Assembly (NCBI GenBank): GCA_026770705.1
Contig: JANJGN010000008.1
Coordinates: 51,150,001 to 51,214,000, forward strand
Direction: 5' to 3'
Source: Isurus oxyrinchus
Lineage: Eukaryota
Length of the DNA stretch: 64,000 nucleotides
A program made the translations under genes and the position numbers. Under the pieces are notes generated by a model. It ran no database searches. It was not told the origin of the DNA and saw only the letters and a program-made list of their open reading frames with translations. Below are positions 1-10,690 of this stretch, one piece after another (within the stretch, counting starts at the first letter, position 1; every line of letters begins with the position of its first letter).

Positions 1-84
1 ACTGGGGAAAAAGGGACAAGAAGGGCATAAGGCCCTTTTCAGCTTAGAGCTATCATACATAGGATACTTCATCGCACCTGGCAT

Positions 85-1160
85 TTTAAAAAATTCATTC
101 ATGGATTGTGGGCTTCGCTGGCTGGGCCAGCATTTATTGCCTATCCCTAGTTGCCCTTGAGAAGGCAGTGGTGAGCTGTTTCTTGAACCACTGCAGTCCA
201 TGCGGTATAGGTACGCCCAAAGAGCTGTTAGGAAGGGAGTTCCAGGATTCTGACCCAGCAACAGTGAAAGTATGACAATAAATTTCCATGTGAGGATGGT
301 GAGTGATTTGGAGGGGAACTTATAGGTGGTAGTTTTCCCATGTGTCTGCTGCCCTTGTCCTTCTAGATGGTAGTGGTCACAGGTTTGGAAGGTGCTGTCG
401 AAGGAGCCTTGGTGGATCTCTGCAGTGCATCTTGTAGATGGCACACACTGCTGCCATTGTGCATCGGAGGTGGAGCGAGTGAATGTTTGTGAATGTGGTG
501 CCAATCAAGTGGGCTGCTTTGTCCTGGATGGTGTCAAGTTTCTTGAGTGTTATGGGAGCTGTACTCATCCAGGCAAGCGGGGAATATTCCATCACACTCC
601 TGACTTGTGCCTTGTAGATGGTGGTCAGGCTTTGGGGAGTCAGGAGGTGGGTTACTCATCGCACTATTCCTAGCCTCTGGCCTACTCTTGTAGCCACAGT
701 GTTTACATGGCTAGTCCAGTTCAGTTTCTGGTCAATGGTAATCCCCAGGATGTTGATAGTGGGGGATTCAGCGATAGTAATGACATAGAACATCAAGGGG
801 CAATGGTTGGATTCTCTCTTGTTAGAAATGGTCATTGCCTGACACTTGTGTGGTGCAAACGCTACTTGCCACTTGTCACCCCAAGCCTGAGTATTGTCCA
901 GGTCTTGCTGCATTTGGATATGGACTGCTTCAGTATCTGAGGAGTCGCGAGTAGTGCTGAACATCAGCGAATATCCCCATTTCTGACCTTATGATGGAAG
1001 GTCATTGATGAAGCAGCTGAAGGTGGTTGGGCCTAGGACACTACGCTGAGGAACTCCTGTAAAGATGTCCTGAAGCTGAGATGACTGACCTCCAACAACC
1101 ACAACCATCTTCCTTTGTGCTAGGTGTGACTCCAACCAGCGGAGAGCTTTCCTCCTGATT
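85..1160 (-). mobile_element. 3' portion of a CR1/L2-group LINE (RT C-terminus plus 3' tail), degenerate
   Basis: Minus ORFs QQDLDNTQAWGDKWQVAFAPHKCQAMTISNKR, INILGITIDQKLNWTSHVN, MEYSPLAWMS..LKKLDTIQDKAAHLI are typical LINE RT/post-RT motifs. Tail aataaatgctggcccagccagcgaagcccacaatccatgaatgaat. Confidence 0.85.
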
Positions 1161-1622
1161 CTGTGGTATACAAACTAAAATTTAATTTTGAAAGGAATGG
1201 AATAAATATTTGAAAAGAAAGAATGTAAAAAGATCTGGGGGAATAGCACCAACACCAGTGGTCAAATGGCTTCTTCCTGGGTTGTAACTTCTATAATTCC
1301 ATAAAAATTGTCCTTTATTGAGCTTATAAAACTGTCCACGGTCCTTCAATTTTCCAGAAACTGTAAAAAAAAAATCAACCTGAGCATCTGTAATACTGGT
1401 AAACAATCGTAGGTAAACAGGTCTAGTAACACTGCCCAATTTAAGGTTATTTGTGGTCACCTCAAATGGAGCGGAGGTAATTTTATTATAATTCTCTGGT
1501 GGGCTATGATAGAATGTTTTCACATCCAAACCTCTGGTTGCTGCTAAATCTGCTTGTGATCGATCATCCTGCTTTTCTGGCAATCGGTGGGCATTTTGCT
1601 AATCATAGTGAGTGTCACGTAC

Positions 1623-1711
1623 CTGCAATTGTAGGGAGCCCAGTTGTGGGGCAGGAGCCAAGTCTTGACGGTCAACGGTGCAGTCTTCCCAACACAGAGA
1701 CTGGCAACGTT
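1623..1711 (-). other. Candidate 89-nt internal exon (no ATG, probably 5' UTR)
   Basis: Long minus-strand pyrimidine-rich tract ending ttatttcag|aacg at 1711 and donor gcag|gtacgt at 1623. The interior is GC-richer than its flanks. Confidence 0.35.
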
Positions 1712-2430
1712 CTGAAATAATCAGAGAATCGGAGCAAACGGAATGGCAAAAGTAGAGCAAGAGAATACAAACGAATAAAAGCAGACAGAGGACATTAAAA
1801 TCTTGGAAAGATTATTGAGACACTGAAATAAAATAAACCAGGTTTACCATAAAACGTTCAAAATCTAGTGAACATCCCAAAAAGGAAATGGGAAAACAAA
1901 ATGAAATGGTATATTAGGCACTCTGGTGGTGTAAACTGCTCTAGTGAAGCTGTATGTTAAATATAAATTAACATTAATATCTTTATCTTGAATGTAACAC
2001 ATGAACATCTTGTCAGAGGACGCTTGAGAATGTTTCGTTATAGTAATTATTATTAGTGGTCTTTAGGCATTCTGCCGAAGACTCACTCTCCCAAACTAAC
2101 CTTGCTAATTCTGATGATATTTAATAGATATAGGAAATAATTAAAAGTCTTTCTTGAAAATGTGGTCTTTGTCTGATGTCATCAATTTTGGCTTAATCTC
2201 CATAATTGACAAACGTGTCTGCTGCTGATATGGCTAGGTTCCTTGAAGGTCAAGCTATATGATAAAAGAACACTTATATCGTTAATTATTGATTTCAACC
2301 CAAAGCTGAATCTTTTACACAGCCAACATCAAGTAAGAGTAAATGCAGCACAGATAAAGATAAAATACCTACCATGGCAGCTGTTGGTTGAGCACGCATA
2401 GGGCTCTGCTTTAGCCAGTGTGACCCTTAG

Positions 2431-2600
2431 TAATACTGGAAATACTCAGCAGATCAGGCAGCATCTGTGGAGAGAGAAACAAGAGTTAACATTTCAGGAG
2501 TTCTAACCAGAGGTCATCTGAAACATTAACTTGGTTTCTCCCTCCACAGGTGCTGTGTGGCCAAGTATTTCCAGCATTTTCTATTTTTGTTTCACAGCAT
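2431..2600. repeat. Degenerate palindromic Penelope-LTR-like repeat
   Basis: Arms ctggaaatactcagcagatcaggcagcatctgtggagagagaaac / gtttctccctccacaggtgctg...agtatttccagcattt; homologous to the palindrome at 35615-35796. Confidence 0.7.
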
Positions 2601-2607
2601 TTGGATT

Positions 2608-2890
2608 TAGGGTAGCATGCTGGTGCAGTGCTGCCTCACAGCTCCAGGGACCTGGGTTCGAATCTGACCTCGGGTGTGTGTTTGTGTGGAGTTTGCAAGT
2701 TCTTCCCGTGTATGTGTGGGTTTCCTCCCGGCGCTCCGGTTTCCACCTACCGTCCAAAGACGTGTTGGTTAAGTATGGTAAATTGTCCCTCAGTTTGTGT
2801 GCCCTGTGATGGCCTTGTGTACCATCCTGGGTGTACCTTGGCTGTTGGGATAGGTTCTGACTCCCCATGGTTCTGGAGAAGTGAGTATTT
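2608..2890 (+). mobile_element. V-SINE (HE1-like) tRNA-derived SINE
   Basis: tRNA-like head (gctgcctcacagctccagggacctgggttcgaat) followed by the V-domain tgtgtggagtttgca..ttcttcccgtgtatgtgtgggtttcctcccggcgctccggtttcc..ccgtccaaagac. Confidence 0.85.
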
Positions 2891-3639
2891 TGATATTTCC
2901 ATAATATTACTCTTGGAAAACTTGAGTCGATTTTAACTTTTTTCTGGTTGGAGACAACTGGTTGGTAAGGGATGCAAATTTGAGTTGGCAGTGTTTTCCA
3001 CCCCATTAACCAGGTCAATGTGGCTTTGGCCAGTTGAAAAGACTAGTATGGCCTGGCACCCAAAGCGCCAGTCAATTTCAGACGATAGGCATGTTTCAAT
3101 ATGCAAATCAGCCAGAAGACTTGAATTGCCTTTCTGGGCTGAAAATAATCAGAGCAGATAATTTCCATGGGCAGAATAGGCTTAGCGTAGTTAAAAATAA
3201 TTTAATCTTGTGGCCTGGAAAAACAGGAACACTCCTCTTAACCCAAGAGAAATAAACTGGCAACCCGGGATTCCCCCACACCCCCATGATCAAAAACCCA
3301 ACATACCTTCCTTTATAGTGGCCAAGTAAGTCCAATATTGGCCAGCCTTAATCTGCCAAGCTGCAAGCAAACAGCCCCTTGGTACGCCACAGCTCTCTGA
3401 CCAGATGCAAATGAGGCTGGGACATTAAAACAGTGGCCATCTCTTTGCCATGACTGAACTAACAGAAAGGAAAATTGGGTGGCATATAAAACAGGCTGCC
3501 GTTTCGCTATCAGACATTGTTCACTAAAGCCAAAGACCAATCCCATCCATTTGAATTTAGCAGAAATTGAGCTCTTTATGCTTGCACCAAGCTCTTTCCT
3601 GATCAGAGTCTCACTTGGAAACAGACAATTTTAATTAAA

Positions 3640-4092
3640 GTACTAGGTTGATTTCTGGGAACGAAGGGATTGTCTTATGAGGAAAGATTGAGCAGGTTGG
3701 GCCTATACTCACTGGGGCTTAGAAAAATGAGTGCTGATCACATTGAAACATATACGATTCTGAGGGAGCTTGACAGGGTAGATAGAACTCGGGGCACCAT
3801 TTCAAAATAAGGGGTCTCCCATTTAAGATGGGGATGAGGAGGAATTTCTTCCCTCAGAGAGTTGTTCATCTTTGGAATTCTCTACCTCACAGAACAGGGG
3901 AGGCTGAATCATTGAACATATTCAAGACTGAGTTAGACAGATTTTTGATCTACAAGGGAGTCATGGGTTATGGGGATTATGCAGGAAAGTGGAGTTAAGG
4001 CCATAATCAGATCAGTCATGATTTTATTGACTGGCAGAACAAGCTTGTGCCAAATGACCTACTCCTGCTCCTATTTCTCATGTTCTTATGTA
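3640..4092 (+). mobile_element. CR1 LINE 3' fragment
   Basis: gggattgtcttatgaggaaagattgagcaggttgggcctatactc (GLSYEERLSRLGLYSL) and CR1 tail ...gacctactcctgctcctatttctcatgttcttatg. Confidence 0.85.
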
Positions 4093-4539
4093 CTGTCTAG
4101 GCTGGAACTAACTTGACTGTTGTCGCAGACTGGCAGCTACATAAAACTGTATCCCAAGTGAACTCAATTCAGTGACAAACAACTTAGATAATGGCCTGGA
4201 TTTTGCAGTCAGTGAAATGATGTTGCTTGGCACTGATAATGAAGAAAGTTGCCCACAAAGATCTAGTGTCCACTTTGGCATGGATTTCCCCTTTCTCAAT
4301 GTCAGTTTGAATCTGGAGCCAAGCCAAAGTGTTCTTCAGACATCCAACAACAGTGATATCATCAAGCAGGGTAAAAACCAATCGCACTGAAGTATTCTCA
4401 CAGACAGTAAACCAGAAAGTAAACTGCACTGAATTTTTCACTTTTCATTAAAAGGTCACCAAGAGCACAATAAATGATTGGGACTTAAACAGGTGGTCGA
4501 AGTAGAAGCTGAAATATCAAACTGAAAAAATTAAAATGC

Positions 4540-7500
4540 GCATTTGAGAAATCTGACATTCCACAAACATAAAATTAGTTTTTCAGACCTAGTGAAACTG
4601 TTTATCAATAATTATGAACTTAGTGTGATATTAAAAACCCGGTTACACCTCATTCAACAAGATGTAATTTTTGAAGGGGGGGGGGGGGGGGGTTGGGGTT
4701 ACGGCGAGACTCAAAAAGGGACGTTCTTGTCAATTGATGGGTTTCTCCTTGATTGCAGCATGGGCGGGCTTCAGACATCTTATGGGGAAACGTAGAATCA
4801 CTGACCCCAGTTTCTGCTTTTAACTTACCTGTGTGTGGGCTGCAACTGTTGCAGTCAGTTTCAGCGGAGTAAAGATGGCAAACGCTGTCGGTGTCACTAC
4901 CACCCTAAAATTCGGGTCCATACAGAAACCTCCTGAAATTGTCAAATGCAACGTTCGGTTTTTTTGTTCGATGTTTTGAATGCAGTTTCTTTTCCTTTGA
5001 ACGATGTGAAATTTTAAACAAATGCGCGACTCTTTTGGAGAGGGGTGTGATAATTCTGGAGACCCCTTTACAAAGTTTCCAGTCGTCACCCGATTATGCA
5101 CAATTCCTAAAAGTGAGTTTATTCAAACCCTTTTTCAGCAACGAGATAAAAGTCCACAGCATGGTCAGTCAGGATCCTCTGATCCATGTCCCCTGCACCT
5201 TTATTATCCCTTTTGCTTCCCGTTGATATTTTGCTTTACTTTATATCACTTTTCGATTTTTTATATTGCGGCATTGTCTCGTCACCTCCCCATGCCTTAT
5301 AATACATAACTAGTTACTCTACATTTTTAGTCAGTGTCGATCTTACTAAATGCTTCTGAATGAATAGGCAGGCAGACAATTCGGCGAATGGCGCATTACC
5401 TGCCACTGATTTGCATGGGGCCAGTTATATCCGATTAAGAAATGACGATGAAATTATAAACTGTTGCATTGCTGCAAAATTCTTATTAATAAAACAGATG
5501 TAATAGAAGAACCGATTTTGACTGAACCGAGAGTTACAAAACAACAGTTTTTGTCTGTTCTGGGTCAACAGGGTTAAACGAAGTAAAATTTAAGTAGAAT
5601 TTTAAAGAGACTCCGCAGGAGGAAATGATGCAGAGGTCGCCGACTAAATAGAAGTTTAAAGTGTAAAAAAAAAGCGTGCCTTCCTCTCCAGCTTATCAGA
5701 GATGTGGTATTCCAGCCTCTGACAGCCCGAGAGCCGGGTTACACTTCGCAAGCTTTGCAGGCCGGCTCCACAGGCTGAAGCTGTCAGCCCGGTGCTCATG
5801 GCGTGCACTCTCACTGCTGCTGCACCGAGTGAATAACACACACTAAACAAAAATCCACAAGATGGAGTCTAGCGAAAAACAGAGATTCAAAATGGACAGA
5901 ATATAAATGGCACACACAAAAAAAAAAATCATGCCCATTCAGCTGGTCGGGGACTGCACTTCAGCGGAGGGCCGATTCGATCATCACATTCGTTGTAAAG
6001 AGAACTCGGCTCAGATATTGGGGAATATTACTCCCCGCGGGACAGGACACATCTCGAACACTGATAAATGCTGAGATTTAATGGTTCCGAAACTCCATTC
6101 ACCCACATTCCACTATCACGAGTCAATGTTATAAGGGGAAGAATGATTTATGTTTAAAGCATCAACGGGTTGAAGGTTTCCAGAAGCCCGCTAATATTGG
6201 ATGTATGTATGTGCCAAATAACATTTTAAGCTACTCACATTGTATCTGTGTAACTCACTACATCAGTCCAAACGTTTTTAACGTTTGTTTCCATGATGCA
6301 TTAAGAACAATATCCTAGAGAGGATTTCCGATCTAATTTTAAAATCCTAACCTTGGTCTAATTTTCATTACGGAGAAACATGATTAGGCGGTTGTAGCGA
6401 AGGAACCTCCGAATTGCAGATGCTTAAAGAGCAATCCTCATCCGGCAAATTATTTTCAGGATATTCCGAGCTGTTTAGTTGCAGAGGCGACAATGGCAGT
6501 TCTGACGATGTTACCATGGTTCAATCAATAGTCAAGGAAGACTATGAAATGATCAAAAATTAAAGTTTGAAAACTTAATCCGTCCTTAAATACATTTTGC
6601 AGAACGATTGTAAAAGAGGACAAGGGCAATTTAAATATGGGCATGCAATGGTGAAACAGGATCACATCAAGGTAGTGTAGTTTTACCTAGCTGAGATCGC
6701 CAACACTGGCCGGAAGCATTCGTATGCGACCCGCCGACTACATGACTGGATCACCTGACGTGCAAATATACATCTCCCTTTCAAAGGCTGGGTCCCCTCT
6801 GTCCGATAGCTTCGCTTGTGGTTTCGCGTCACCGACTGTGATGCCAGTGGTCACGAAAACCAGGCCCCGAGAGCTCAGGAAGGGAAACCGAAATATGTAG
6901 GAGGGGTTTGCAGAGGGGAAAGCCGAGACAGGAAGAAATGATCGCACCGCTAACTCACTGAAATTACACTGATAGGTAATAGTAAGACTGCTAACGCTCA
7001 GATTCCCTGCACTCCGCATGCCAAAATCAGCCTCACAAGCTGACCTGAGCCAAACTGAGAGATCGCTCAAAGGACAGTATTTGGGACTTTCTTACAGGAC
7101 TTAACTCAGCTCAGCACCAACATTTCTAAACCGTTCCCACGGCTCAAACTCAACAAATGGTAGAAATGGCAACATTGGAGGAAGTCATCTGACCGCTGAG
7201 GCATATGCTTTTTCCTATAATCACTATCTATTCCTCCTTTTCAAACATTTATCACATTCTATTTTACATGATGTTCGAATCACTACCTGCAAGGTCACTT
7301 ATGGTGAAGCACCCCATGGTATAGCGACTTTCAGTTCAAGAACCTTGCCTTCTCGGTTCTTCCAGTGAAAATCCACTGTCTCCATCTACTTGTTCCCCAT
7401 TCACTCACAGTAAAGTCTCCAGGTTTCATTCACCTCTTTACTAGCTGCATCTCTCACCGCACTGCTTCCATTCACCATTCTGCTGCTGCAGCAGCGGCTG

Positions 7501-8300
7501 TTGTTCCCCCCGCTTTAGAGAATACTGATGCCTATGTTCAATGCTCCCTGAGAGCTGTGCAGCCACCTGGAATATACTGTACTGTGCATCAAACAGGCCG
7601 CGCACAGCCCATAGTCCCATCAAGAAGCGCATGTGTGCGGCTTCATAGCAATCTTAAAGGGACCGCACAATACAAACAGGCTGCGGACAGCAACAAAATT
7701 AAAAGGGGACTTTGATCAGGACACCCTTCCCAGTCGCCAGCGTTCCTCCCTCCCCAAACCGTCCAACCCTCAGCCGTCTTCTCCCCCACCGAGCCTGCAT
7801 TCAGTTTCCTACTTTCCCTGACCATGCCGGAGTCTCCCTCTGCCCCTGATCTTGTAAGTCTGATGTCCCATTCCCCAACTGGTCTTTTCTGTAACTCTTT
7901 CGAGTACAAACACGTTTCCATCTGTTTCAGATGAAGTTACATTGTTTCATAGTTTGCCATTGTGAGATTTGAACTCTTGATCTTAGGGTTACAAACCCAG
8001 TACCATAACCACTTGGCTATTTATGCCAAGCTTGGTCTTTTCTCAATTCCCAGTGACTCCTAATTGTTTCTTGCTCTGCAGGGGGACTGGGTGGGGCCGC
8101 GCGGTTACAGAATTCAGCCCAGTCTCGAGGTGTCCCCAAGTGGAGTGGAGAGGGGGCGGATATGGTTCTGATCACAAATTTAAAGCAATTCCAGTAGGAT
8201 TCTCCTAGTCAATCAAGGAGGGTAGGCAACCCTAAGCTCTAACAATGAATTTGACAATTTTCAGCACTTTAAGTAACCCGCGGATACCAATACAGGATTA
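4540..8300. promoter_or_regulatory. CpG-enriched promoter-like region with a strong minus-strand donor at 4829/4828
   Basis: CpG density is visibly higher than in the flanks. Consensus donor CAG|GTAAGT (plus-strand acttacctg, 4823-4831). ETS-like CCGGAAG (~6710) and CRE-like TGACGT (~6756). Confidence 0.5.
7891..8032 (-). mobile_element. Short (142 bp) tRNA-derived SINE with 11-bp TSD
   Basis: Pol III A box TAGCCAAGTGG (8009-8019) and B box GTTCAAATC (7966-7974) on the minus strand. Flanking direct repeat tggtcttttct at 7880-7890 and 8033-8043. Confidence 0.8.
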
Positions 8301-8984
8301 CATTACCAAACACAACTTAAATTTTTATGCTTTTTTTGAGCTGAGGATACTTAAATATATCTATGTTTTAAAAATAATACAAGTCAAAACAATCCAGTAA
8401 TGGGTCATTCCTTTTGAGATTAATTTTTGGTCAAACTGTAAAAACTGAACTATTGTCCTTTATTTTAATTGGGTATCTTGGAGACATTTGGTGTATATCC
8501 TTACAATATACTGATAGAAACATCTAGAAGTTAATCCTGGAACATGAACACGTGCATCCATTTTCCCTCCTCATTGTACAGAGGTTGCACTTGCATCATT
8601 AACCACACAGGAGACATTTTCTTACATTAGACTTGGTAGTAAATCGAGCATTAAATGTCACCTCTAGATTTAGACTATTAGTTTGAGAAAAGGGAAAAAG
8701 ACATTTTTTGGATGTTTAAGGCTCTTGCAAGTTGATTAAAGGTGTGACTTATTTTTGGAGCATGAGTGATATTGAACCAGTTGTAAAGTATTCAACAATG
8801 ATTTCCAATAGTGAGCAGATTTTCTCAAAATATAATGTAGAATCTAACTTTTAATTTTTTTAAAAAGGAAAACCCTGGCAATTAACTTTCAGGAACCTGT
8901 TTTTCAAATATTCTCCCTTCAAAGAGCACCCTTGATTCATGACTCTCCACACATTTCTATCTCTAGCAATCTTTGCCATGATAT

Positions 8985-9102
8985 CACAATGAGGCAAGTA
9001 GAAGAGGCAGGCCCCAAGAACTACCTCAGCTGGTACAGGAGCTGAATTCGCACCATCGGCACCATTAAGCACTGCACTCTAGCCATCTGAGTTAATTGGC
9101 CA
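8985..9102 (-). mobile_element. Degenerate short tRNA-derived SINE
   Basis: Minus strand gggccaattaactcagatggctagagtgcagtgcttaatggtgccgatggtgcgaattcagctcctgtaccagctgaggt resembles a tRNA-like head. Confidence 0.45.
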
Positions 9103-9169
9103 TAAGCTTTTCAAATTAGTAACACTCAATGGTTCCACTCGTGGATATTGGCACTGTGATGAATCCTAG

Positions 9170-10690
9170 AGGAAGATAGGAATACGAGTAAGCTAGTCAT
9201 TCCCTCAAGCTGCCTCCACCATTTTATTAGATGACAGGTGATCACAACTCAACTCTATTTACAAGTCTTTGCTCCATATTCTGAGATACCAGTCTCAGGC
9301 TTGAAGATTTTTGTTGATCCAGCATCTAGGAATCCTTTTTGAGAGATAATTTCCCAATTCTACTAATCTGTGTGGAAAACATTCTTCCTAATTTCACTTC
9401 ACAATTCTAAGATTGTGCACCCTGGATTTTCCCACCAGAAGAAATAGCTTCATTCTATCTACTTTATTGTTAAATTCTAAAGTCAAGGGAATGCAATACA
9501 AGTTTAAGCAATATGTCCGTATAATTTAATCCTTTAAACCCTGGTAGCATTCTGGTGCCTCTGCGCTGAACCCTATCCAAAGCCAATATATCCTGTGAGG
9601 AACAGAAAGAAGCTGCAAAGGGATATAGGCTGGTTAACTAATTGGGCAAGAAGGTGGCAGATGGAGTCTAACATGGGGAAGTGTAAAATTATCCATCTTA
9701 AGTTTGGAAAAGCAGAGTATTTTAAAAAGGTGAGACACTAGTAAATATTGGTGTTCTGAGAGGCTTATATGTCCTTGTTCACAAATTGTAGAAAGTTAAC
9801 ATACAGGTGCAGCAAACAATTAGGAGGCACATGGTAACGTCCTTTATTGTAAGGAGCAGCAGTATACACAAGATCGCATTGTATAAGAGTAAGAAAGCCT
9901 TCTTGCAATTATATAGAATTTTGGTGAGACCACAACAAGTTCTTTGCATATTTTTGGTTTCTTTACCCAAGAAAGGGTATATTTGTCTTTGAAAGGCTGT
10001 AACAAAGATTCACTGGATTGATTCCTGGAATAAGAGGGGTGTCCTATGAGCAGAGATCGAGTAGAATGGGCGTATATTCTCTTGAGTTTCGAAGAATGAG
10101 AGGTGATCTAATTGATACGTATAAAGCTTTTTCTACAGAGGGCTTGACAAGGTTCATACTGGCTGGACAGTCTAGAAATAGGGACAGCTTCAATATAAGG
10201 GCTTGGAGATGAGGAGAAATTTCTTCACTCAGAGGTTCATGAATCTTTGGAATTCTACCCAGTGGGCTGTGGATGCTGTTTTTGTGTTTATTCAAGACTG
10301 AGATTGATCGATTTTTTAGGCATGGAGGGAATCAAAGCATATGGAGATAGGGTAGCAAAGTGGATTTGATGTATGAGTTCAGCCATGATCTTATTGAATG
10401 GTGGAGTCAGTCTGAGGAAGCTTATAGCCTACTCCTGCTTCGTCATATGTTCTCATCCTTCCTGAAGTGCAGCACCCAAATGGAATGCAGTCCTCCAGAT
10501 GAGATTCGACAAAAGTTGCATACAACTGAAGACAAGCTTCGTCCCTTTTGTATTTGAACCCTTTTGAGAGAAAGGCTAACATTCCATTAGCCTTTTTGAT
10601 TACTTTTGCACTTTCAGTAATTTGTCTACCAGGACATCCAAATCCCTTTGCTGCTACACCAGCCCTAGATTCTCACTATTAATAAAAATC
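9170..10690. mobile_element. Nested CR1 LINEs: a plus-strand CR1 3' fragment (9595-10454) inside an older minus-strand CR1 (9170-9594, 10455-10690)
   Basis: Inner copy: LQRDI..L.NWARRWQME, LQLYRILVRP, IPGIRGVSYEQR..RMGVYSLEFRRMRGDLIDTYK, and the CR1 tail. The outer copy continues across the insert (gccaatatatcct / atccttcctgaagtgcagcaccc). Possible 5-bp TSD atcct (9590-9594, 10455-10459). Confidence 0.75.

Noticed and set aside
1182-1583. 133-aa minus-strand ORF
   Set aside because: No recognisable homology, and it lies just past a candidate splice donor, so it is probably intronic.
2531-3018. ORFs of 92-145 aa
   Set aside because: They are translations of the V-SINE.
7945-8032. Functional tRNA (Thr/Tyr-like) gene
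   Set aside because: The acceptor stem does not pair, and it sits in a TSD-flanked 142-bp unit with an unrelated tail, so a SINE head is the better explanation.
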